Below are positions 39,990 to 51,043 of a stretch of DNA of 64,000 bases, in pieces. Numbering within the stretch: position 1 is the first letter of the stretch; each line of letters begins with the position of its first letter. The notes under the pieces were generated by a model. It made no database searches. It saw only the letters and a program-made list of their open reading frames with translations, and had not been told where the DNA came from. The position numbers and the translations under genes were made by a program. Source of the DNA: Mytilus trossulus (taxonomy: Eukaryota); NCBI RefSeq assembly GCF_036588685.1, contig NW_026963318.1:1178001-1242000 (forward strand). The letters run 5' to 3'.

Positions 39990-40285
39990 AGTGTTTTGTG
40001 CTGACATGAATTATCATTGATATGGTTTTATTTATAAATTCACTGTTTACAAAATTTAGAATTTTTTAAAAACTAAGGCTTTTCTACCTCAGGCATAGAT
40101 TACCTTAGCTGTATTTGGCAAAGCTTTTAGGAATTTTGGTCCTTAATGCTCTTCAACTTCGTACTTTATTTGGCTTTTTCATCTTTTCTGGGGTTCTAGC
40201 GTCACTGGTGAGTTATTTGTAGACGAAACGCGCGTCTGACGTCTCTACAAAATTTGGTCCTGGTATCTATGATGAGTTTATTTGC
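39990..40285 (+). mobile_element. Retrozyme-like monomer with hammerhead motif at 40199-40242
   Basis: gcgtca-CTGGTGA-GTT..AGAC-GAAAC-GCGC-GTC-tgacgt, with one core substitution. Body is homologous to 9470-9630 and ~9990-10200. Confidence 0.75.
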
Positions 40286-42939
40286 ACAAGTTTGAATTGT
40301 GAAATTCATTATCTGCTTTAAAAAAAATCAACACATTGAATATGTTGTATGTTAAAAAGATGTGAAGACAATTTAAAATATTTGTGTGTAGCTCTTTTAC
40401 AGCATGAATAGTAAGTGAACGTTGATACAAACGCTCCTTTTTTCCTGATCGGAGAGTGATACTATATTTGTTATGAGTTCTTGATGTCAAGTATAACTAT
40501 TTCTTCATTTTTGTTCAAAGATATCAATTTTCTGGTTTTAGCAAATTTGTTATTTCGAGGCTGTATATTTTTTGTGACGCCCTACATTACTGACTTAAAT
40601 TAACCTCACATGCATTTCGTCAAGTATTTAAAATCGTTGTGACCTACTTCATCCTCGAAATATTGTATTTCAAGACAAATAAATCCGAGGTATCTAGTTT
40701 TCCTGATTGTTATATCAATACAATAGAAAGATCACTGACCTGTCTTTCTATTACTTTTAAGTTATCAAATTTTCCATCGATTTTACGCGTAGGTTTTCCT
40801 GGACGACGGGCGATAACTCAATTATTGAACAGATTCCACCATCCATTACAAACTCATTATACGTACGTTTTAATATTCTACATTTATTTATTGCAATATT
40901 TTACCCTATACGATTTCAGGGCACTCATATAAGTTTTTCCTTCGTTAACAAAAAATATAGAGAATATCAGTAATAAGCCGATATTAAGTTACATTTCGCA
41001 ATTAAAAACGCTTAGACAAATCAATTTAGAATACAGTAAATGCATTTCTGGTCCATAATACGCCCTTTCAAAAATAACTGTACTTCCTTCTTCCAGTAAA
41101 TCTTGATCAATAAACATTTACGAAAGCAGTTACAAAAAAGTGTATATATTGTCATAATTAAATAAAATTATTTCTAAAAATCAGATCTAATTTCAGCCTG
41201 ATGTTTAATCACATTGTGGTTAATGTAGATTGTGGTCTTTATGCAAAAGGATAGAATTTTTCATACTTTCCCAAAATGTTTTAATTTTAGAAAACATAAT
41301 TAAAGAAATTAAAAAGTTCATTTATGTGAATAACAGAAAACTAAACGCTAGAGATTTAAATACAATATATACATGCATGGACATTTTGCTCTTAAAATGT
41401 GCTTTCACAAACAGTATTCGTTTTCCTACTTGATCACAAAACCAAAAAAATGTATTGTATATTCCATAATGTTTAAAAATTAAACCTTAAGAATTATTTG
41501 GCTTTTACAACAATCATGATATGCAATGTTATCAATGAAATTATTTCTTTTTAAAAGAATAAGATGTTACCATAAGGTAAACTGGTAAATATTTGTTTCC
41601 CTATTTAAAAGAAAAGTTATAAAATAAATTTCATATCTGCATCAAATTTGTCAATAAATAATACAAAAAAAAAAAGAATCGAGAATTTATAGCTGTCTAC
41701 AATAAAAAATAAATAAATAAAGACTCTGTTCTGCCTGATAATTTGAATCTTTAAACCAGATTTTGATACTAGTACGATTGAAACAAATGCAAGAAAAACA
41801 ATGACACCACATCTTAGTCTATTGGTGATTGTGCTTAAACATAACAAAGTATATCTTTATTTATAGCCTTTCAAACACCATATATGTTAGTTTTGGAATA
41901 AATGTAAATTAACGTTTCATCTTTGCCATTCGTTACATTTAGATTAATTTCAACTTTCTTCGCTTTACTGTTAGTTACTTTTCGTCATAATTCATTCAAA
42001 TTTAATAATTAAAAAACGCGTAGGGTAATAAGGCCCAATCGGCAATTGTACGAACACATTCAAAGGCAACCATCCTTATTCTTAAATTTGTTCTAAACTA
42101 CTATACAAGGAGTACAAATTTCACACTAAACGCGTTACTATGGAAACAAATCATCACGACTATTGTATATGTTGTAAAATAACTCACAGTATCAAAATTG
42201 TTTAACAAATATATATTATATAAGAAAAACGTGTGCTCACCCAAGTAAAACATATATTTGGGGACATCATGTGAATAGCTATGATATTTGTTTTCTTAAA
42301 TAATTTTGTTATTTCTTTGTTGTGCATGATGTTTCAACTACGGAAGAAGTATTGGAAAACTGCATAGATTCTGATACTGTTTTCATATAAGATAAAATAT
42401 TCTCGAAATTTAATATCATTTGAATTGAAAACATAAAAAAATAAGGAGTATAAATTCACACCACCACCATCTTCATTTAAGACATTAAAACGTGCATTTG
42501 AAAACTATATAACTGTAAAAATATAGAAAAGGAAGAAAAGGAAGATGTTGTGTTATTGTCGTCAATGAACATGTATTTTAGTAGATGTCGATGGGTCATG
42601 TTTATCATATTTGTTTTGTGTTTGTATTTGTACTGTTTATATTAGGTCATTATTTTTTGATTTCTGATTTATGTGGGGGCTTTTTATAAGTTACTATATA
42701 GTGTGGGTTTTTTCCCATTGTAATAAGCCGTAATGTGACCTATGATTGCTTCCCTTTTCGTCATTTCAACTCTGATGGATTTATTGCAGACTTTTATCAT
42801 TTAATCATAATGTTAATATGGTCTTGTCCTTGATATCATGAATACTTTCTTCTGATTTTTTTTAGCAAACCAAAATCTATCAATAACATAGTTGATTTTA
42901 TTACGTTCTGCATAGACGTGGACTACGTGTACTTGACAC

Positions 42940-43124
42940 TTAATATGTGGCAGACTCAAATTTATCTATCACATTGTTTGTATGTTCTAGGCTTGAATAT
43001 GCATGGGACACTTGTAACTGAGTATTTGGCAGATTTAAATCTAACAACTCCGTTGTTCTCTCGTTCTTGTCTGGATTTTCAACATCCTCTGATTTGAACC
43101 TTTGGAAAATTGTGACTGTGTCTA
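42940..43124 (-). other. Candidate terminal coding exon (DTVTIFQRFKSEDVENPDKNERTTELLDLNLPNTQLQVSHAYSSLEHTNNVIDKFESATY*), possibly pseudogenic
   Basis: CTAAC branch-like motif plus TTACAG acceptor, 60 open codons, stop, then AATAAA ~40 nt downstream. Frame, stop and AATAAA are retained in the duplicate copy. Confidence 0.4.
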
Positions 43125-44146
43125 CTGTAACAACCAGTAAAAGTGATGGTTAGATGAAGACAATTAATATAAACATAACTTACTTCTTACTTTTATATTT
43201 AATGAGGTAAGGAAAACAACATACAATTAATCTTGTTAAGTTATACGGCTTATTTAATGTTTTATACAGTAATCATGGTAATGTGATTATATTTTTCTTC
43301 TTCAGAGTTTAATTATTTTTATCGGTAGACGGGAGATAACTAGATTTACAATATTCAAATATAAAATTTATTTTTAGAACTTTAAATGAACTTTATAACA
43401 GGACGAAAAGCGAGGTTCATCAAGCTTTTCATTAGTTTCATACAAGTACAAGTCAGTTGTATATGTCTGACTATGAACATCCATTGTTTTGTTATTAATA
43501 TATGAGTTGGCTGATTGCAAAACTATTGCACAAATATTGGAAAACTGCATAGATTCTGATACTGTTTTAATATAAGATAAACTATTCTCGAAATGTACTA
43601 TCAATTGAATTGAAACCACCAAAAATAAAGAAGTATAATAAACCCACACCACCACAATCTTCATTGCACACATTAAAACGTGCATGTGGAAACTATATAA
43701 CTGTATAAATAGAAAAGAGGAAGAAAGGAAGATGTTGTAAAATGCCAAAGAGCATGTATTTCAGTAGATGTCACTGGTTCATGTTTATCATATTTGTTTT
43801 GTGTTTGTATTTGTACTGTTTATCCATGTAATATACAAGGCCGTTAGTTTTTGATTTCGGGTTTATTTCGGGGCTTTTTATAAATAAACTGACTACATGG
43901 TGTGGGTTTTTCTCCATTTTTATAAGCCGTAATGTGACATACATGACCTATGAAGCTTCCCTTTTCTTTATTTGAACTCTGGTGGATTTATTGCAGACTT
44001 GCATCTTGTAATCACAATGTTAATATTGTCTTGTCCCTGATATCATGAAACACTTGCTACTGATTTTATTAGCAGACCAAAATCTATGAATATCATAGTT
44101 GGTTTTATTCCGTTTTGCATAGGAGTGCACTACATGAACTTGACAC

Positions 44147-44304
44147 TTAATAAGTGGCAGGCTCAAATCTATCGACCACATTGTTTGTGTGTTCCAAGCT
44201 TGAATATTGGAATACTTGCAACTGAACATTTGGCAGACTTAAGTCTAACAACTCCTTTGTTTGTTTGTTCTCGTCTGGATTTTCTACTTCCTCTGATTTG
44301 TACC
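44147..44304 (-). pseudogene. Duplicate of the candidate terminal exon, disrupted by the BEL insertion
   Basis: Reads YKSEEVENPDENKQTKELLDLSLPNVQLQVFQYSSLEHTNNVVDRFEPATY*. Its 5' part lies at 50236-50258 and has a 2-nt deletion relative to copy 1. Confidence 0.4.
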
Positions 44305-44477
44305 TGTTCAGGACTGTGTTCATTAGACGTTCGCGGTACCGCTATGTATGTATTGTAACGTCATGCTACTTATGACGTTGAGCTTTATGTGCAAATGGAG
44401 TTTAGAATCAATACAAGTAAAACCAGCTAGTATTTCTTATTTGTGCCTAAAAAGTCTGATTATACCACTCTAAGATA
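44305..44477 (+). repeat. 5' LTR
   Basis: TGTTCAGG...CTAAGATA; identical to 50058-50230 by eye. Confidence 0.95.
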
Positions 44478-44478
44478 T

Positions 44479-44487
44479 TGGTGCCGT
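44479..44487 (+). promoter_or_regulatory. Primer-binding site (probably tRNA-His)
   Basis: TGGTGCCGT, 1 nt after the LTR, is complementary to the ..ACGGCACCA 3' end of eukaryotic tRNA-His. Confidence 0.6.
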
Positions 44488-44496
44488 AGGACCAAG

Positions 44497-47400
44497 ATGA
44501 GTTCCAAACTACGTTCTATACGTGCAGGACACAGAAGCGTTATTTCCCGACTTTTGAAGAAATTTGAGGACATCCGAGACGACGGAGATGAGCCCGTGAA
44601 CATTGAAGAGTTAACTAAAATTGTGAACAATCTGTTGAAGAAACAAGAGACACTACAAAAACTTAATGAGGACATTTTAGAAAATCTTGATGAAGGAGAA
44701 GTAGAAGCCGAGATCGTCGATTCAGATGAGTATGCTTACACATTAGATGGAAAAATAACGCAAATACAAAAGCTCATTCTTGTCAATACATCCACACTCA
44801 GTACAAATGCAAAAGATTTTGTCAGTTATAGCGACCCTTCACATTCCGCCTCTGCTCAACCCGCCTCTGCTCAGCCCTCTCATGATCAACCAAGTTATGC
44901 TCAACCTGCTCATGATCAACAAAGTTATGCTCAACCCGAGATATACAATAAACAGAATACATGTAATTCAAACTTCCGTGTACCGGAAACTCAGTTTTCA
45001 CGTAGTAACACTAGATTAAATGAGTACAACAAGTTGCCCAAATTGAATCTTCCTACCTTTGATGGTAATATTATGCAGTGGCAGTCATTTTGGGATTCAT
45101 ACGAGACATCCGTTCACGAAAACACTACTCTTGGAAACGTTCAGAAATTTAATTATTTGAAGTCACTACTCCATGATGAGGCATTGAAAACCGTCACAGG
45201 GTTTGCGCTTACACATGCAAATTATGAGAAAGCTATTTCTTTACTGCAAGAAAGATATGGACAATCGCATGTAATAAGACGGAAGTATATGCAAGCACTA
45301 GTTGATATACCAGCCCCTAAATACACGATATCTAGCATGAAAAACTACTACGATGAAATTGAGATACACATTAGAGGATTGGAGTCATTAGGTCAAAGTG
45401 AAGACACATATAGAGCGTTTTTAGTGCCCATTATTATGAACAAACTACCCGGTGAAATCCGCAGAAATCTTGCCAGACAATATAGATCTACAGATTTACA
45501 ACTGAATGAATTACGCCGTGGAATTGTCGATGAACTTTATATTATGGATGCAGGCAAAACTTCAGAACAGTTAGAACACCCTACAGCTACCGCCGCCTTT
45601 CTGACAAATACAAATTATAGTAATCGAAATAGAGGTAACAAGAATACAAACGCAACTAACACTAAACCCAAGCCACTCTGTGCGTACTGTAAGGAGCCAC
45701 ACTCGTCTGTTAATTGCACTAAAGTATCTGATTACAATGGCCGGATGTCAATCGTGAAAAAAGATCGTTTATGCTTTAACTGTCTAGGACACCATAGCTT
45801 GTCCGCATGTAAATCTACAAAAACTTGCAACAAGTGTCACAAACGTCATCACACCAGCATTTGCAAAGACAATGTTAAAACAAATGAAGACAACAAACCA
45901 ACAGGGGATATAACCGTAGGCACAATTCAACACAACGCGGAGGAACCAGACACTATTTTACACTCGCAATCGACAGATCGTGTACTTTTGAAGACAGCAA
46001 TTAACCCAGTAAGTGCAGAACATGAAATACTTGATGCAAAAATATTGTTTGACGAAGGCGCACAGCGCTCATTTATCACAGAGGAATTAGCCGAAAAATT
46101 GAAACTCAAACCTACTAGAACTGAAAGCGTTAACCTATCCGGATTTGGAGACAATGCAAAAGTACTAAAATTCGCCATTTGAGTACAGGATTGGTATATC
46201 TCATAACTACAGAGGGTAAACTTCCGATTCGAGTCTTGATCGTTCCAGAGATCGCAGTACCGATGAGAACCTATGTACGCCAAGCAGCAAAACTTACATA
46301 TTTGTCAGGAATCAAATTAGCTCACCCAGTAACAGCAGATGAAAACTTTGAAATTTCTATTCTAATTGGAGCTGATTACTTCTGGTCAATTGTTCAGAAT
46401 GATATTATCCGAGGCGAAGGACCGACAGCTGTTAAATCAAAAATCGGATACCTGTTGTCTGGAACGCTACATTCACACAACTCGGACACAGATGGATACA
46501 AGAGAGCTTCAATGATGAACGTGATGATCGCAACAAAAACCGATGAGTTCGACTTGGAAAATAGAGTCACTGGCTTCCGAGAAAATTGACACTACAAAGT
46601 TAGAAGAACAGATGGCAATTCAAAAGACTTATGAAGAGAAACAAATTCGTTACCATGACAACATATATTTTGTAACGTTACCATGGAAAGAGAATCACCC
46701 TACGTTACCGACAAATAAAGCCATTGCACAACGAAGGACGGAAAGTGTAGTAAGAAGACTTAGCAAAGAACCCAAACTACTGGAAAAATATGTAGAAATA
46801 ATGGCTGAGCAGGAGAAAAGGGGCTTCATAGAGAAAGTGGATACTACTAATGAGGCCGATGAAAAGAGCAAAATACACTATATTCCGCATCATGCTGTGA
46901 GAAAAGATTCAACTACAACACCAATCAGGGTCGTATTCGACTGCAGTTGTAAAGCAACATCAGAATCGTCTAGTCTTAATGATTGTTTGATGACTACTCC
47001 AACCAATTTAAATGACTTAGTCGGCATTCTCTTAAGATTTCGTTTACACCAATTTGCCGTTACTACTGATATAGAGAAGGCGTTCTTGAACGTGGGACTA
47101 GAGACACAGGATAGAGATGTCACACGTTTCTTTTGGTTCGATACACCAACAGACCCATCAACTCCACTATCAACTTACCGATTTAAGTCTGTATTATTTG
47201 GAGCCACTTCATCGCCATTCATACTGAATTCCGTTCTACAAAAACACTTGAGAGAGAACCGTTGTGAATATACTGACACTTTAAAGAACGATTTGTATGT
47301 TGATAATATACTGTCGAGTTTTTCTACAGAGAGTGCATTACTGAAATATTTTGATACATCAAGAGACTTATTCATTAGAGCAGGATTTAACTTGCGCTCA

Positions 47401-49943
47401 TGGGCTTCAAATTCTCAACTTTTGCGAGACCGCGCAAATTCACACAGCGTATTAGACAAAGATGAACTCATAAAAGTGCTTGGATTGAGATGAAACACTT
47501 GTAACGACACACTTACTTTCGCCAAACCGGAATACACCGATATTGAAGATACACGTATGACAAAACGAGAGATTTTAAGACAATCGTCTAAAATCTATGA
47601 TCCACTCGGACTTATTGGTCCAGTTACTGTGCGTAGTAAGATGCTTGTGCATACTTTGTGGGAGAAAGGATTAAATTGGGATGAACCTCTTACATCTGAA
47701 ACTACAACAGAATGGAAGTGTGTACTAAAAGATATTAATGAATGTTCACATTTGGAAATGAATAGACCGTATTTCAAAGAAAAATCAGACAATGTAGAAT
47801 TACATGTGTTTACGGATGCAAGCTTGAAAGCCTATGGAGCATGCGCATATTTAGTCAGTGGAAAAGAAACCGTACTTATCATGTCAAAGAATCGAGTGAC
47901 ACCACTAAAACAGTTAACTATTCCGAAGTTAGAACTCAGTGCAGCTTTGATAGGCGCAAGACTCGTCAAGCATTTGAAATCGCACTTGGATGTTACAAAC
48001 GTCACATTATGGAGTGACAGTCAGATAACTTTAAGTTGGCTTACTACTGAGAAACAATTACCCGTTTTCGTTAGTAATCAAGTGAAGGAAATTAACGAAA
48101 TTACGCAAGAATACACATGGAAGTACTGTCCGACAGATTCAAATCCGGCAGATATGCTATCGAGAGGAGTAACTGCAACCAAATTCCTAGAATTGGATCT
48201 TTGGATGAAAGGACCCGAATGGCTCACTGACAAATCAAACTGGCCACAGTGGAAGAATAAAGAATCACTCATTCTTAATACTACCATTGAGCAAGGACAA
48301 TCAACTAGTGAACCGCAACAGAAAATCAGATATTATGAAGGAATAAGTAAAATTATGGATATACAACGCTAGAGCTCATACCAAAAACTTTTGCGTATAA
48401 CTGGATACATGTATCAATTCATAAACAACTGTAGAAATAATGACAAACTAACAGGAAATCTTAGTGTCAATGAAATTCAGACTGCTTTGACTTCATGGAT
48501 TCGAGATTCGCAACTGCGTAAATACCCGGATGTTATTGAGAGTTTAAACAACAAATCAGAGAAAAATGCGCTAGTGAAGCAACTTAGATTGTACATGGAT
48601 AAAATGAACATTATCCGTTGTGGCGGGAGAATTAACAATGCACCTATTGATGAATCAGCTAAATTTCCAGTACTAATACCGAAAAAAGACAGATTTTGTA
48701 AATTTATTGTGATGGATGCACACGCAAAGAATTTTCACTCTGGATTAGAAAGTACAGTGACATTTATTCGCCAGTCATACTGGATTCCGTCGATTCGACA
48801 ATGTGTGAAATCAATACTCCGTAATTGCGTTACTTGCCGTAAAATTACCGGAAGACCATATCATACACCTGACCCACCACCACTGCCGTCCAACAGACTT
48901 AATGATTCACCACCGTTTACCGTAACCGGTGTCGACTTCACAGGAGCATTGAATGTGAGAACAAAAAGCAACAGTATTAGTAAAGCATATATTTGTCTAT
49001 TCACCTGCCCTTACACTAGAGCTGTGCATTTTGAAATCGGTGAAGACCTTACAGAACAAACATTCATTCTAGCGTTAAGGAGATTCACCAGCCGCAAATC
49101 GTTACCAAAAATCATGATGTCTGACAATTGTACAACATATACCGCAGCAGCGAAGGAAATTGAAATGCTTACAAAATCTACTACTATTCAGGAGCAACTC
49201 AACATATATGGAACCCAGTGGAAATTTATTCCGAAGCGTGCACCATGGTATATGGTGGTTGGTGGGAACGATTGATCGGCTTGACCAAGAATTGCATAAA
49301 GAAAGTTTTAGGACGAGCACTGGTTACTTTTAGAGTGCTAGAGACAATTGTGATCGAGATAGAGGCTATATTAAATGATCGTCCGTTAACCCACGTATCA
49401 ACGGACCTTACCGATGATGAACCGCTTACACCGTCTCATCTTCTCTATGGAAGACGGGTTAAAACTTTACCGTATTCAGGAACAATTAATTTCAGCAGTG
49501 AGGAGAACGTACAAAACTTAACACATTACACAGCAAATAGACAATCTAGTGTTCAAAAACGCATTATTCACGACTTTTGGAACAGATGGCGACGAGAATA
49601 CCTCACTTCACTTAGGGAACAACATAGAAACACCGGAATTAACACTCAAATCATTAAAGTGGGCGACATTGTACAGATTCATGATGATACACCAAGGACA
49701 GTGTGGAATATAGCGATTATCGTTAAGTTAGTTTATGGGAGGGATGGACTTTGTAGGTCTGCTACTTTACGCACTAAAAATGGCACGACGTCTAGAGTAA
49801 TAAGTAAGCTATATCCACTTGAACTCTTATCAACAGATATTCCGTGTGATTCAAGTGACAACACTATTACTTCAACCAGAAAAGCAAAAACTGATGCCAA
49901 GGAGAAAATCAAAAGTTGGATTCAACCGTTCCGTAAAGCATAA
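44497..49943 (+). pseudogene. gag-pol: Disrupted gag-pol polyprotein of the BEL/Pao element
   Basis: Gag LPKLNLPTFDGN..WQSFWD; three Cys/His knuckles (CAYC..H..C, CFNC..H..C, CNKC..HH..C); protease FDEGAQRS; RT YIPHH, DIEKAF, FGATSSPF, YVDN; RNase H FTDAS; integrase HHCC plus GVDF/SDN/WER. Frameshifts at ~46160, ~46558 and ~49250; stops at 47491-47493 and 48370-48372. Confidence 0.93.
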
Positions 49944-50057
49944 ATACTGTTTAAGTGTAAAAAGTCAAAGTTTTATTTCATTTGAGAGACAATAATTATT
50001 TCATTTTAAAGTTTTTCTTTATTTTTTGCTTAAATTATCATTCGCGGGCCCCCAGGA

Positions 50058-50230
50058 TGTTCAGGACTGTGTTCATTAGACGTTCGCGGTACCGCTATGT
50101 ATGTATTGTAACGTCATGCTACTTATGACGTTGAGCTTTATGTGCAAATGGAGTTTAGAATCAATACAAGTAAAACCAGCTAGTATTTCTTATTTGTGCC
50201 TAAAAAGTCTGATTATACCACTCTAAGATA
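50058..50230 (+). repeat. 3' LTR
   Basis: Identical to the 5' LTR; preceded by GC-rich CGCGGGCCCCCAGGA; followed by the TSD. Confidence 0.95.
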
Positions 50231-50941
50231 GTACCTTTGGAAAATCATGACTGTTTACTGGAACAACCAGTAAAAGTGATAGTTAGATGAAGACAGTTAA
50301 TATGAAAATAATATCTTATTACTTTTATATTTTTTAAAAATGAGATAAGGAATACAACATACAATGTATATATTTAAGTCATACGGTTTATTTAATGTTT
50401 TATATAGTAATGTGATTCTTTTTTTCTTTTTCAGAGTGTAATATGTTTTCGGTAGACGGGAGATAACTAGATTTTCAATATAAACATATACAATTCATTT
50501 TAAGAACTTTAAATGAACTTTATAACAGGACGAAAAGCGAGGTTCATCATATTTTTCACTAGTTTCGCACAATTTCAAGTCAATTTTATATGTCTGACTA
50601 TGAACATCTTAAGTTTTTATTATTAATATAATAGTTGGCTGATTGCAAGATGAGTCGTTCGTGACACCTTCACCCGTATATTCCATAGTACAAAGCCACA
50701 GATAAACGCAGTTTAGGAATGTTGCACTTTCTTGTATTGTTGGTTTCATCAATTCTTATTATTTACCCGCATATACACGTAGCATTAGTGTTTGATTTGT
50801 ATCTTTTCTTAATTGTGATATTTTGTTTTATTTCTTTTGAATTTTAAAGTAGACTATCAAAAATATCCACTGGATTTTTTTGTCTCCTTCTGTTCGAAAA
50901 AATTTCGTTCCTCAAAACATGTACAAAAATATCACACTCAC

Positions 50942-51043
50942 CTCTGTTATATATTTCGCCATCGTGTGAGATGGGAATGTGACCTCTAAATCGTAGAGTA
51001 TTTGATGCTCACTACATTTTTCATGATTGTTTATTTTACGAAC
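50942..51043 (-). other. Candidate isolated 102-nt exon (VRKINNHEKCSEHQILYDLEVTFPSHTMAKYITE)
   Basis: Strong acceptor TTGTTTTATAG| and donor GAG|GTGAGT; open only in phase 0. Partner exons not established. Confidence 0.35.

Larger units (their letters stand above)
44305..50230 (+). mobile_element. Full-length BEL/Pao LTR retrotransposon
   Basis: Identical 173-bp LTRs (44305-44477, 50058-50230), 5-bp TSD GTACC (44300-44304, 50231-50235), PBS TGGTGCCGT at 44479, domain order gag-PR-RT-RH-IN. Confidence 0.97.
42351..50648. repeat. Tandem duplication of a ~1.18-kb unit (copy 1 ~42351-43534; copy 2 ~43535-44304 plus 50236-50648, split by the LTR element)
   Basis: ATTGGAAAACTGCATAGATTCTGATACTGTTT occurs at 42351 and ~43536. 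Collinear homology continues across the retrotransposon to AGTTGGCTGATTGCAA at ~43505 and ~50633. Confidence 0.9.

Noticed and set aside
46150-46182. Programmed gag/pol ribosomal frameshift
   Set aside because: The shift falls after the protease active site. BEL/Pao elements normally have one ORF, and four more lesions follow, so mutation or error is the simpler explanation.
47491-47493. In-frame TGA as selenocysteine or readthrough
   Set aside because: The position corresponds to the conserved Trp of the BEL VLGLxW motif (TGG to TGA), so it is a nonsense change.
44460-49320. Antisense and alternative-frame ORFs inside the retrotransposon
   Set aside because: Shadow ORFs of gag-pol with no recognisable motifs.
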